Below are positions 37,601-51,314 of a DNA stretch of 64,000 bases, piece by piece. Every line of letters starts with the position of its first letter. Positions within the stretch are counted from its first letter, which is position 1. Source of the stretch: Malacoraja senta (lineage: Eukaryota); contig CM075990.1 of the NCBI GenBank assembly GCA_038087875.1, forward strand, positions 3,784,001 through 3,848,000, given 5' to 3'. Made by a program: the position numbers and the translations under genes. The notes under the pieces are model-generated. The model saw only the letters and a list, made by a program, of their open reading frames with translations. It ran no database searches and had not been told where the DNA came from.

Positions 37601-39975
37601 CTCCAAAGCAAAATCTGAAAGAGGTTGGCAACTCAAAGCGCCAAGGTGTAGTTCCTGCTGACTGGCGGACCTTTGCATGGCCAGGTGTATCTTTTCTTCC
37701 ACTGCCTCTTCTGTCAGGTGAGGAGTTTCACACTCTCGTATCCGGACAACCGAAGATAGACACAAAATGCTGGAGTAACTCAGCGGGACAGGCAGCATCT
37801 CTGGAGAGAAGGTATGGGTGACACTTCGGGTCGAGACCCTTCTTCAGACATCCAGTCACTAGCTTCCCGAGGTACCGAATGGAGAAATATTGTTCTTCCC
37901 TCCGGCAGATCTCGATGGCTGATGTGATGGGTTTCAAGAGATGGCTCCTGTAGCCATGGTCAGATTTGGAGTCACACAGCACCGAAACAGGCCCTCCAGT
38001 TCCGAGTTTAGTTTATTGCCACGTGCTAACCAGTCAGCGGAAAGACTCTAAATGATTAGTTTATTTAGAGGACAGGTTTGGAGGGATATGGACCAAACGC
38101 GGGCAGGTGGGACTAGTGTAGCTGGGACATGTCGGCCGGTATCGGCAAGTTGGGCCGAAGGTCCTGTTTCCACACTGTATCATTCTATGACTATGACTCT
38201 ATTGAATACATTGAATATATTAGAATACATTATTAGGCCTGGATAGAGTGGATGTGGACAGGAAGTTTCCACTCATGGGAGAGTCTAGGAGCAGAGGCCA
38301 TAGCCTCAGAATTAAAGGACGTTCCTTTTGGAAGGAGATGAGGAGGCATTTCTTTAGTGAAAGGGTGGTGAACCTGTGGAATTCGCCACAGAAGGCCGTG
38401 GAGGCTAAGTCAATGAATATCTTTAAGGCAGAGATGGATAAATTCTTGATTAGTATGGGTGCCAGGGGTTATGGGGAGAAGGCAGCAGCATGAGGTTGAG
38501 AGGGAGTAGACAATAGACAATAGACAATAGGTGCAGGAGTAGGCCATTTGGCCCTTCGAGCCAGCACCGCCATTCAATGTGATCATGGCTGATCATCCCC
38601 AATCAGTGCCCCGTTCATGCCTTCTCCCCATATCCCCTGACTCCGCTATCTTTAAGAGCCCTATCTAGCTCTCTCTTGAAAGCTTTTTTTAAATAATTTT
38701 TTTTATTTTTTTATTTTCTCACCGAGAGTGGTGAAGATAGTGGAAAGATAGATCAGCCATGATTGAATGGCGGGATAGACTTGTTGGGCCGAATGGCCCG
38801 ATTCTGCTCCTCTCACCCAAACTTGTTACGATCGAGCCATCCACAGCGTACAGATACATGACAGAGGGAATAACATGCATGACATTCAGTGCAAGATAAA
38901 GTCCTGTAGGAACCGATCAAAGATAGTCTGGGGGAGCCCAATGAGGTCAATTGTAGCTCAGGACCGCTCTCTCATTGTTGGTGGGATGGTTCAGTTGCCT
39001 GATAACAGCCCAAATCATTTTGCTGACCAATGATCACCACCAGTGTCACCTCGCCTACATTCCCCCAAACCTTTCCTATCCAAGTGTATGTCCACATTAT
39101 TTTAACTGTTGTTACAGGATACGCCTCAAGGAGGGGGTAGTTGATGTATGGGCCGAGCTGCCAGCTCGGCCCATACATCAACTACCCCTCCTTGCAGGTT
39201 CCAATTAGGTTTATTATTGCCATATGTATCGCGAGGTACAGTGAAAAGCTTTATTTTGCAAGCCACCCAAGCACATCAGATGTTGCATATATCAACGCAT
39301 CAAGTCAAACTGAAGTACAATAAATGTAACAGAGAGTGCAGAATACTGGATATTCAGCAGATACAGGGTGCAGAAGATAGTTCTCGGCATTGTAGCTCAC
39401 CGGTTTTATAGGCACAAGTCCAATATCCGCAATGTAGTGGAGTTTTGGACAGTACCCTAGATTAAGGAAGGACTGAAACACGAATTGCTTCTCTCTGCAC
39501 AGATGCTGCCGGGCCCAATGCCGAGTTTTCAGCAGTTTCTGTTCTTATTTCAGCTTCCCAGCATCTGCGGTTAATTTTGATTTTGCTTTTACTGTCCTAA
39601 GTATAATTGGATTATGTTGAGAATTAAATGCTGAACATGCATTTTGATAGTGACTTTTACATCCGCTATTCCCCATTATCACCAGTAATACCTTTGAGGC
39701 ATTGCCACTTTGAGTCATACAGTGTGGAAACAGGCCCTTTGGCCCAACTTGCCCACACCGACCAACACCTGTCTGATCTGCCAACGTTTGACCCATATCC
39801 CTCACATGTCCTATCCATATCCATGTACCTGTCTAAATGTGTTTTAAACATTGTGATAGTACCTGTCCCAACTACCTCCTCTGGCAGTTCGTTCTGTACA
39901 CCCACCACCCTGTGTGTGAAAAGGATACCCCTCAGGTTCAAATTCAATCTCTTCCCCCTCACCTTAACCTATGTC

Positions 39976-40545
39976 CTTCTGCAGTTGTACAGAGCCCTAG
40001 TGAGACCACACCTGGAGTATTGTGTGCAGTTTTGGTCCCCTAATTTGAGGAAGGACATTCTTGCTATTGAGGGAGTGCAGCGTAGGTTTACAAGGTTAAT
40101 TCCTGGGATGGCGGGACTGTCATATGCTGAGAGAATGGAGCAGCTGGGCTTGTACACTCTGGCGTTTAGAAGGATGAGAGGGGATCTCATTGTTAAGGGC
40201 TTGGACACGCTAGAGGCAGGAAACATGTTCCCGATGTTGGGGGAGTCCAGAACCAGGGGCCACAGTTTAAGAATAAGGAGTAAGCCATTGAGAACGGAGA
40301 TGAGGAAACACTTTTTCTCACAGAGAGTGGCGAGTCTGTGGAATTCTCTGCATCAGAGCGCGGTTCTCTGGATGCTTTCAAGAGAGAGCTAGATAGGGCT
40401 CTTAAAAATAGCGGATTCAGGGGATATGGGAGAAGGCAGGAACGGGATACTGATTGGGGATGATCAGCCATGATCACATTGAATGGCGGTGCTGGCTCGA
40501 AGGGTCAAATGGCCTGCTCCTGCACCTATTGTCTATTGTCTATTA
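39976..40545 (+). mobile_element. CR1 3' fragment nested in another CR1
   Basis: LVRPHLEYCVQFWSP...RTRGHSLRI; tgtctat tail. Confidence 0.85.
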
Positions 40546-43119
40546 TCCCCCTGCACTCCTATGAATACTTAGCCTGCTCAACCTCTCCCTATAGCTCAGG
40601 CCCTCAAGTCCTGGCATAATCCTCATATATCTTCTCTGCACCCTTTCATGCTTGACAATGTCTTTCCAATAACATGGTTCCTAGAACTGAACACAATACT
40701 CTAAATGCGGCCTCACCAACGTCTTATATTACTGCAACATGACCTCCCAACGTCTATACTCAATTCTCACTTCTACCAATGCTCAGTGTGTGGGGCACCC
40801 AGTCCAGTTCTTCAAGTCTTATGTACCTACTAAAGAAGGCAGATAGAATGACTGACTCACAGACCACCTTCAGTTTAGTTTAGTTCAGAGATACAGCTGA
40901 AACAGGCCCTGCGGCCCACAGAGTATGCGCCTACCAGCGATCCCCGCACATTAACGCTATCCTACACACACTAGGGACAATTTCTACATTTACCAAGCCA
41001 ATTAACCTACAAACCCGTACATCTTTGGAGTGTGGGAGGAAACCGAAGATCTCGGAGAAAACCCACGCAGGTCACGGGGAGAACGTACAAACTCCGTACA
41101 GACAGCACCCGTAGTCAGGATCGAACCCGGGTCTCCGGCGCTGCATTCGCTGTAAGGCAGCAACTCTACCGCTGCGCCACCGTGACCGCCCTAGGGAGTG
41201 TTAGGGAGAGTGCGTGTGGGGATCGCTGGTCAGCGCGGACTCGTGTGGGCCCACAGAGTATGCGCCTACCAGCGATCCCCGCACATTAACACAATCCTAC
41301 ACACACTTAGGACGATTTACAATTTTCCCAAGCCAATTAACGCACAAACCTTTAGGTCTTTGGAGTGTGGGAGGAAACCGGAGAAAACCCACGCGGTCAC
41401 GGGGAGAACGTACAAACTCTGTACAGACAGCACCTGTAGTCAGGATTGAACCTTGGTCTCTGGCGCTGTAAGATAGCAACTCTACCACTGCGCCGCCGTA
41501 CGCTATCTCTTGCACCATCATGGACTTGTGCTCAAATTGTGCTGATATCTTGTTTTCTTTAGCACACAGTCTTTTTCTTTTCACTATCTTGTCGACTTTA
41601 TGTGTAACCTAAGTAAAATTATTTTTTTGTGCATTGGCTGAGTCTATGCGCCTGTGGTACTGCTGCAAGAACAAGGCTCACATTATGCCCATGAGATAAG
41701 ATATGGTTTACAATGTGCAGGTAAATAAAAGTTGGTCTTGGCATTGTGGCCTGGATAGAGTGGATGTGGAGAGGATGTTTCCACTAGTGGGAGAGTCTAG
41801 GACCAGAGGTCACAGCCTCAGAATTAAAGAACGCTCTTTTAGGAAGGAGATGAGGAGAAATTTCTTTGGTCAGACGGTGGTGAATCTGTGCTATTCTTTG
41901 CCACTGAAGGCTGTGGAGGCCAAATCAGTGGATATTTTTAAGGCAGAGATCGATAGATTCTTGATTCGTACGGGTGTCAGAGGTTATGGGGAGAAGGCAG
42001 GAGAATGGGGTTAAGAGGGAGAGATAGATCAGCCATGACTGAATTGCAGAGTAGACTTGATGGGCCAAATGGCCTAATTCTACTCCGATCACATATGACC
42101 TTATGATCGTACGAACTGAACGGTCCTCTCATCAGCTAGAGTGCGGCCTACCTCATTGGAGGCCTTTGGACCATCTTTAATCAGACATTATCGGACTCCA
42201 ATGTTACAACTTACACTGAATATTGGACTAAATATTAAATATAAATATCCTTTATCTGTGCACTGTGGACGGCTTGATTGTATTGATGTGTAATTTTTTC
42301 TTTGACTGGACAGCAAGCAAACACTGTACCTCAGTACGTGACAAAAACAAAGCAAACTAAACAATACTACTTCATCACCTCTGGTGATCTGCTCTCCGCA
42401 GCCTCCAACCACATAGATCCCCAGACCCGCACGGCCAGCTCCCCCAAGAATAGTTACTCCAGCACTTTGTGTCTATCTTTAGTCTAAACCAGCATCTGCA
42501 GTTCTTTGTTGCGTGCTAACCAGTCAGCAGAAAGACAATACACGATTACAATCAATGCATTTACAGTGTACAGATACATGATAAGGGAATAACGTTTCGT
42601 GCAAGGTAAAGCCAGCAAAGTCGGATCAAGGATAGTCCAAGGGTCAGCAAAAGAGGTGGAAAGTAGTTCAGCATTGTTCTCTGGTTGTGGTAGGATGGGT
42701 TAGGTTTATTATCCACTGAGTTACTCCAGCACTTTATGTCTAGCTTTGGTGTAAGCCAGCATCTGCAGTTCCTCCTTATTATAAACTAGGCTACTTCTGC
42801 ATATGACAAGAAACTCAACAAATGTCTCAGTCAAAAGGCGGTGACTCTGACAGAGTTGTTGGCGGACATGAGATATTGTGCCTGGGTCTCTGGAATAATA
42901 TCTGAGGAAGGATGTGCCAGCTCCGGAGAGGGTCCAGGAATGAGTAGCTTAACATATGTTGAGCGATTAGAAACATAGAAACATAGAAAATAGGTGCAGG
43001 ACAAGCCCATTCGGCCCTTCGAGCCGGCACCACCATTCAATATGATCATGGCTGATCATCTAAAATCAGTACCCCGTTTCTGCTTTCTCCCCATATCCCT
43101 TGATTCCGTTAGTCCTAAG

Positions 43120-43390
43120 CACCTCATATTTCGCTTGGGTAGCTTACACCCCAGTGGTATGAACATTGACTTCTCTAACTTCAAGTGGCCCTTGCTTTCC
43201 CTCCCTCTCTATCCTCTCCCCTTTCCCAATTCTCCCACCAGTCTTACTGTCTCCGACTACATTCTATCTCTGTACCGCCCACTGGCCTGATATCGGTCTG
43301 AAGAAGGGTCTCGACCCAAAACGTGTCCCTTCCTTCTCTCCAGAGATGCTGCCTGTCCCGCTGAGTTACTCAAGCATTCTGTGTCTACCA
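43120..43390 (+). mobile_element. Penelope-like element 3' end (GIY-YIG C-terminus + pLTR with hammerhead motif)
   Basis: HLIFRLGSLHPSGMNIDF followed by ctgaagaagggtctcgacccaaaacg. Confidence 0.75.
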
Positions 43391-43603
43391 AGCTATATCC
43401 AACTCTCTCTTGAAAACATCCAGTGAATTGGCCACCACTGCCTTCTGTGGCAGTGAATTCCACAAATTATTGTCGCCACTGGGCCTGTACTCACTTGTGT
43501 TTAGAAGAATGATGGGGGGGGACCTCATTGAAACATACAGAACAGTGAAAGGCTTGGATACAGTGGATGTGGAGAGGATGTTTCCACTAGTGGGAGAGCC
43601 TGA

Positions 43604-43961
43604 AGCCCCTGTCCCACTGTACGAGGTAATTCAAGAGTTCTCCCGAGTTTTCCCCTGATTCAAACTCGGAGAATGTCCGTAGCGGCTCGTCCAGGAGTTC
43701 GTGGATGTCTCGTAGCGGCTCGTACGAGTAAAAAGTAACAATTTTTTTCATCACTAGTATTTTATTACTCCTGGACATTTTTCACAGTGTTGAATAAACG
43801 TCACGAGTTTACTGGATTTCCCGAGTATCTACCGTTACTCGTACGAGCCGCTACGAGACATCCACGAACTCCTACGGACCCGCTACGGACCTTCTCCGAG
43901 TTCGAATCAGGGGAAAACTCGGGGGAACTCTTGAATTACCTCGTACAGTGGGACAGGCCCT
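43604..43961. mobile_element. TIR MITE family B inside a CR1 fragment
   Basis: TIR ...ctgtcccactgtacgaggtaattcaagagttc; flanks TGA/TTA. Confidence 0.85.
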
Positions 43962-44776
43962 TTAGTCTAGAGGTCATAGCCTCAGAATTAAAGGACTTTC
44001 TTTTAGGAAGGAGATGAGAAAGCATTTCTTTGGTCAGAGGGTGATGAATGTGTGAAATTCTTTGTCACAGAAGGCCGTGGAGGTTGTCAGTGGATATTTT
44101 AAGCAAAGATAGATAGATTCTTGATTAGTACGGGTTATGGGGAGAAGGCAAGAGAATGGGGTTAGGAGGGAGAGATAGATCAGCCACGATTGAATGGCAG
44201 AGTAGACTTGATGGGCCGAATGGCCTAATTCTGCTCCTATTGCTTATGACCTTAATAAGGATCCACTACCGTCCCGGAGCCAGAGGCATGAACGTTACCC
44301 ACTGACTCACTGAGTGGCAGCAATGAGAGGCAGTAAACATATCTCTCCAGTAGCGTACAATAAGTCAGTCTTGGACTTCCACACTGCACAGCCAAGCACT
44401 AATAAAGCCCCATTCATTCACCAGAGACGGTGTAACATTTTAATTGGCGACACACATCCCTTGATCAAGTGTAGCAAGATGCGGGCTAAAGCGAGGACAA
44501 GCCGTCTATGTTGTAATATCTGGTCTGTATGTTTGGATTAGCCAGACCAGTGTGACCCCAACTACACAAACAGTGGCAGAAGCAAGACATTATGGAGAAT
44601 AGTCACAGCTGCCAGAGCATTAGAGTATGCATCCTTTTTGTACATGTTCCAGCACTGGCTTGACTTTCGATTACAAATTTAAAATCACGGCTATTAGTGT
44701 AATATCAGAGCCTTATTAAGGAAAAAATTAACATATACAACATCCTTCATAACATCTGAATGTCCTTTAAGGCGAG

Positions 44777-45082
44777 GGCAGCACGGTGGTGCAGCGGTAG
44801 AGTTGCTGCCTCACAGCGCCAGGGACCCGGGTTCGATCCTGACTAGGGATCCTGTCTGTACGGAGTTTGTACATTCACCCCGTGACCGCGTGGGTTTTCT
44901 CCGGGAGCTCCGGTTTCCTCCCACACTCCAAAGATGTGCAGGTTTGTGGCTTAATTATGTTGGTAAAGTTGTCCCAAGTGTGTGTAGGATAGTGTTAGTG
45001 TGCGGGGATGACTGGTCGGCACGGACTCGGTGGGCCACGGGGACCTGTTTCCACGCTGTATCTCCAAACTAAACTAAACTAA
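44777..45082 (+). mobile_element. V-SINE (HE1-like); about 20 further copies, e.g. 22010-22290-, 22320-22622+, 23140-23437-, 31910-32222-, 37278-37542+, 47613-47914-, 50660-50945+, 54927-55215-, 58625-58925-
   Basis: ggtggtgcagcggtagag (A box), gggttcgatcc (B box), V domain, (taaac)n tail. Confidence 0.82.
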
Positions 45083-45346
45083 GGCAATGGCTGCAGTGTA
45101 GGAAACACACCGTTAAGGTTGTGCAACGTTAGGGGCCACAGACGGTGGTGAGCGGTGGTCCGCCCCTGAGGGACACCATCCTGAAACTAAAGAACCGCAC
45201 GACAAAGACAGACACAAAGTGCTGGAGTAACTCAGCGAGTCAGGCAGCGTCTGTGGTGAAAAAGGATGGGTGACGTTTCAGGTCGAGACCCTTCATCACC
45301 TTCAGACCTTTGTCGTGACCCGAATGGCTGAAGGAATGATGCTTTA

Positions 45347-45745
45347 AGGCCCTGTCACACTTACGTGTCCTTGGCACGCAAATTACGCGACAGGCATCTT
45401 ATGGCCGCGCGGGGCCGGTCCCACTGAGAAGCGCGGAGGGGTATGTAGTTGTGCGCGATATCGCGCGGGGCTCCAAATTTTTTGTAGCGAACGAAATCTT
45501 CGCGCCACCGGCCTGTCGCATAACTGACGGCCAAAGTGGGACAGGCCCAAGACCCTGGCGCGACGCTACGTCTCAACTCCAACAGCAGCAGAAGCAGGCA
45601 GACGATCGCCGAGCTCGGCCTGGGGCTCACGGCCGTTGCGGATCCGGATCCGCCCCCACTTCTACTCCCAGAGCGGGGCCAAGAAAATTGAAGATAGACA
45701 CAAAATGCTGGAGTAACTCAGCGGGACCGGCAGCATCACTGGAGG
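45347..45745. mobile_element. MITE family A, half copy in opposite orientation
   Basis: TTA+aggccctgtcacacttacgtgtcc; reverse-complement match to 16940-17349. Confidence 0.8.
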
Positions 45746-45944
45746 CTCTCCTCGCCGGACCCCCATGCCGCCCCCCCCTCTTCGTCCTCAGTGACCCCCC
45801 CTCCCATCGCCAGCCATCCTTTACGACCTCCGGCCAAATGTCACCCGTCCTTTTCCTCCAGAGATGCTGCCTGGCCCGCTGAGTTATTCCCCCAACACTT
45901 TGCGTCTATCCTGAGACACATGTTTGGCCAGGACATCAGTCACA

Positions 45945-46575
45945 TCAATAGACAATAGGCAATAGATGCAGGAGTAGGCCATTCAGCCCTTCGAGCCAGT
46001 ACCGCCATTCACTGTGATCATGGCTGATCATCCACATTCAGTACCCTGTTCCTGCCTTCTCCCCTAACTCCGCTATCTTTAAGAGCTCTATCTAACTCTC
46101 TCTTGAAAGCATCCAGAGAAATGGCTTCCTCTGCCTTCTGAGGCAGAGAATTCCACAGACTCACCACTCTCTGGGTGAAAAAGTTTTTCCTCACCTCCGT
46201 TCTAAATGGCCTACCCCTTATTCTTAAACTGTGGCCCCTGGTTCTGGACTCCCCCCAACATTGGGAACATGTTTCCTGCCTCTAGCGTGTCCAATCCCTT
46301 AATAATCTTAGATGTTTCAATAAGATACCCTCTCATCCTTCTAAATTCCAGTGCATACAAGCCCAGCCGCTCCATTCTATCAACATATGACAGTCCCGCT
46401 ATCCCGGGAATTAACCTGGTGAACCTACGCTGCACTCCCTCAATAGCAAGAATGTCCTTCCTTAAATTTGGAGACCAAAACTGCACACAATCTGTGGTCT
46501 CACTAGAGCCCTGTACAACTGCAGAAGAACCTCTTTGCTCCTATACTCAACTCCTCTTGTTGTGAAGTCCAACAT
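45945..46575 (-). mobile_element. CR1 3' fragment
   Basis: QFWSPNLRKDILAIEGVQRRFTRLIPG. Confidence 0.85.
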
Positions 46576-48426
46576 CCTTCTAATAGAGCAGGAGTTTAAT
46601 CATCGGGAAGATGGCATCGTCACTGAACCACCAACAAAATAATTTGTACTGGTCTGTGGAGAGGAACTTGAACCAACAAACCACTGAGTCACCGGCAAGA
46701 GTTCCACTTGATGAGTGCAGTTGATGCCTTCCGCTCCCAGAATGTGCGGAGCTCTGAGGAACAACGTTTCGCTTGTTTGTGGCATTCCTTATGTTAACCT
46801 GAAGAATGAGCACCATGCAGGAGGTCCAAAAGCTATCCAGCGATCCAAGCTTTAGCCAAATATTTAGGACCACACATGCTGAATGTCGAGCAGATCCGGT
46901 CAATGGGATGGATTGATGGGCAGAGAGAGGTGCTGAAACAGGAGGTAAACAGACAGCCCCAGGTGATCAAGGAACATCCAATGTTTAACCCAGGCACCAA
47001 TCTGGTCACAGGCGGCTGTGGAGGCCAAGTCAGTGGATATTTTTAAGGCAGAGAAAGATAGATTCTCGATTAGTACGGGCGTCAGAGGTTATGGGGAGAA
47101 GGCAGGAGCATGGGGTTAGGAGGGAGAGGTAGAGTCTGTGGAATTCTCTGCCTCAGAGGGCGGTGGAGGCAAGTTCTCTGGATGCTTTCAAGAGAGAGCT
47201 AGATAGGACTCTTAAAAATAGCGGAGTCAGGGGATATGGGGAGAAGGCAGGAACGGGGTACTGATTGGGGATGATCAGCCATGATCACAATAAATGGCGG
47301 TGCTGGCTCGAAGGGCCGAATGGCCTACTCCTGCACCTATTGTCTCTTGTCTATAGGTCAGCCATGATTGAATGGCGGAGTAGACTTGATGGGCCAAATG
47401 GCCTAATTCTACTCCTATTCCTTACGACCTTATAGAGTCACACAGCATGAAAACAGGCCCTTCAGCCAAACTTATCCACACCAACCAAATTGCCACATCT
47501 ACACCAGTCCCACCTGCCCACTTTAGCACATATGCCTCCAAACCTGTCCTATCCATGTGGAAACAAGGAACTGCAGGTGATGGTTTAAAGGGACAAAGTG
47601 CTGGAGTGCCTTTTAGTTTAGTTTAGTTTAGAGATACAGCACGGAATGAGGCCCTTTGGCCCACCGCGTCCACGCCACCCAGTGATCCCCAAACACTAAT
47701 ACTATCCTACACAGTGGAGACGATTTACAATCTTTACCGAAGCCAAACTGAAAGTCTTTGGTCTGTGGGAGGAAACCGGAGCACCCGGATAAAACCCACA
47801 CAGTCACAAGAAGAATGTGTAGACTACCTACAGACAGCACCCGAGGTCAGTATCGAACCCGGGTCTCTTGCGCTGTGAGGTGGCAACTCTACCCGCTGTG
47901 CCACCGTGCCGCCCTTGAATCTGCCGTGATGGATTCAAATTTTTCTCCTGGGATCATCGTTGCAGATCTCGCCCTGCTGGTCTGCAAAATTAACTGCCCA
48001 ACAGACAGGTTAGGTTATACAGGGCCTCAAGGGAGGGTTTCAATGGCTCCAGTTTGAACGATGCACTTTTGGCAAAATGCACAGCGGAAATCGACCATCA
48101 AGAGGGGATCGACACGTGGTGAACGCAGAGGGGAAGGAGATAGACAGAAAGTGCTGGAGTAACTCAGTAGGTCAGGCAGCATCATGGATGTGTTACATGG
48201 ATGTGTGACGTTTCGGTTCAGGATCCTTCTCCAGGAGAAGACCTCATTACAACCAGTGGCATGGTGGCGCAGCGGTAGAGTTGCTGCCTTACAGCGCTTG
48301 CAGCGCCAGAGACCCAGGTTCAATCCCGACTCCGGGTGCTGTCTGTACGGAGTTTGTACGTTCTCCTACGTGGCATGGGTGGGTTTTCTCCGAGATCTTC
48401 GGTTCCCTCCCACATTCCAAAGATGT

Positions 48427-49296
48427 AGTCAAGTCAAGTGAGTTAATTGTCATGTGTCCCTGATAGGACAATGAAATTCTTGCTTTGCTTCAGCACACAG
48501 AACATAGTAGGCATTGACTACAAAACAGATCAGTGTGTCCATATACCATTATATAAATATATACACACATGAATAAATAAACTGATAAAGTACAGATAAC
48601 AGATAATGGGTTATTAATAATCAGAGTTTTGTCCGAGCCAGGTTTAATAGCCTGATGGCTGTGGGGAAGTAGCTATTCCTGAACCTGGTTGTTGCAGTCT
48701 TCAGGCTCCTGTACCTTCTACCTGAAGGTAGCAGGGAGATGAGTGTGTGGCCAGGATGGTGTGGGTCTTTGATGATACTGCCAGCTTTTTTGAGGCAGCG
48801 ACTGCAATAAATCCCCTCGATGGAAGGGAGGTCAGAGCCGATGATGGACTGGGCAGTGTTTACAACTTTTTGTAGTCTTTTCCTCTCCAGGGCGCTCAAG
48901 TTGCCGAACCAAGCCACGATGCAACCGGTCAGCATGCTCTCTACTGTGCACCTGTAGAAGTTAGAGAGAGTCCTCCTTGACAAACCGACTCTCCGTAATC
49001 TTCTCAGGAAGTAGAGGCGCTGATGAGCTTTCTTGATAATTGCATTAGTGTTCTCGGACCAGGAAAGATCTTCAGAGATGTGCACCCCCAGGAATTTGAA
49101 GCTCTTGACCCTTTCAACCATCGACCCGTTGATATAAACGGGACTGTGGGTCCCCATCCTACACCTTCCAAAGTCCACAATCAGTTCCTTGGTTTTGCTG
49201 GTGTTGAGGGCCAGGTTATTGTGCTGGCACCATATGGACAGTTGCTTGATCTCTCTTCTATACTCTGACTCATCCCCATCAGTGATACGTCCCACA
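48427..49296 (-). mobile_element. Rex1/Babar LINE 3' fragment
   Basis: 224-aa ORF with LNTSKTKELIVDF, FKFLGVHIS, KKAHQRLYFLRRL, RFRNSYFPTAIRLLN; (agtca)n tail. Confidence 0.85.
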
Positions 49297-51314
49297 CCAG
49301 AGGTACAGGTTTATAGACAATAAACAATAGATTAGACAATCGGTGCAGGAGTAGGCCATTCGGCCCTTCGAGCCAGCACCGCCATTCACTGTGATCATGG
49401 CTGATCATCCAGAATCAGTACCCCGTTCCTGCCTTCTCCCCATATCCCTTGATTCCGCTATCTTTAAGAGCTCTATCTAACTCTCTCTTGAAAGCATCCA
49501 GAGAATTGGCCTCCACTGACTGCCTTCTGAGGCAAAGAATTCCACAGATTCACAACTCTCTGGGTGAAAATTGGCTTGGTATAAGTGTAAATCCTCCCTA
49601 GCGTGCGTAGGACAGTGTTAATGTGTGGGGATCGCTGGTGGGCACAGACTTGGTGGGATCGAAGGGTCTGTTTCCGTGCTGTATCTCTAAACTAAATTAA
49701 ACTAAACCTTCCTGAATGAAGAAGATTTTTGGAAATCCTTAGAAATGTAGGGGTTTCTTGCACAAGAAAGGCCCTAACTCACTGGGGACCCCAATGCCTC
49801 AAACCCCACCCAAGGAGATGGTCAGCTCAGCGGCCAACACATCAACAGGGCTACCAAGCCTCAGGGGCTGGGCAGCCACTCTGGGAAAGTGGGTTTGAAC
49901 CCAGGTGCGACGAAAGATAGAAACAAGGAAGCGCAGACGCTGGTTTACGGGGGGGAAAAAGACACAAAGTGCTGGAGTAACTCAGCTGGTCAGGCAGCAT
50001 CTCTGGATCGGTGACGTTTCAAGTCCGGACAACTTCTTGAGGAGAACATTTTCAAGGTCGAATACACTGTAAGATTTTGCAAAATACAGAACTGCAGATG
50101 GTGGTTTACCAAAAAGAGACACAAAGTGCTGGAGTAACTCAGCGGGTCAGGCAGCATCGCTAGAGAACATGGACAGGTGGCTTTCAGGTCTAGGCTGATG
50201 TCGTTGGTGCAAGAAAGCCACACAAGTGAGGTGAAGATGTTTCTTTTGACAAAGAGGGACCCAGCATGGAGGGCTGCCAAAAAAAAGTGAGTCCATTGGG
50301 GACTACACTGAGCACTTTGTAACCCCATATAAGTGGCGACTCTTTGTGTGCTTTGTGTATGGTTTATAAAAGAAAGTTTCACTGTGACATGTCACATGTG
50401 ATAATGAAGTATCAATAATCCAGTGGACGTGTGGCCTGGAATGCCAGCAATGACCCTGGCGACCACTCCCCCACACCCAACAACACCAGATAGCGGGATT
50501 CTTATAGAAATCCATCTGCTGCCGGTGAGCCTTGCAGTGTCCAGTTACGTTGATACCTTTCTGTACGACTTAGCCCAGCAATCTATTCAGTTCTGTGGGA
50601 TAAGTAATGGCCATTCCTTGAGAATACACATAAGCACTCATTGCAGCCGCAAGATCATACAGGTGGCCCAGCGGTAGAGTTGCAGCATTACAGAGCCCGA
50701 GACCCGGGTTCGATCCTAGCTACGGGTGCTTGTCTGTACAGAGTTTGTACGTTCTCCCCGTGACTGCGTGGGTTTTTTCCGGGTGCTCTGGTTTCCTCCC
50801 GCACTCCAAAGCCGTACAGGTTTGTGGGTTAATTGGCTTTGGTAAATTGTGAATTATCCCCAGTGTGCAGGTGAGTGTACAGGTCGGTGCGGACTTGGTG
50901 GGCCGAAGGGCCTGTTTCCGCGCTTGTATCTCTGAAGTCTAAAAGACCATCATCCCCGATCTACACTAGACCCACCTGCCTGCTTTTAACCCACAGCCCT
51001 CAACCCATTACCTGTACAAATGTTTTCTAAACGTTGTGATGGTCCCGGCCTCAACTATCTCCTCCAGCAGCTCGTTCCATACACCCACCACCCTTTGTGT
51101 AAAAAATATGTTTCATTGGTCAAGCATTGGGTAAGGGAGTCAGGCAGTGATGTTGTGGCTCCATTCAGAGTCTGGTGTTCTGTGGTTAAGGGCAGTGGTA
51201 GCTCAATGTTAGACCTTGCCCATGTGAAAAGATAGTGGTTCATAATTATTCCACATACATCATGGCCAGATACTGGGGAAGAACAATGGATCGGGGAGGT
51301 GGATGGCTCTCATC

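Noticed and set aside
37556..37982. Protein-like ORFs (YFSIRYLGKLV / EEAVEEKIHLAMQ)
   Set aside because: Interrupted by a Penelope remnant; the frames do not join without stops and there are no convincing splice sites.
44777..44850. tRNA gene
   Set aside because: The A/B boxes belong to the SINE head; no complete cloverleaf or terminator, and it continues into the V domain.
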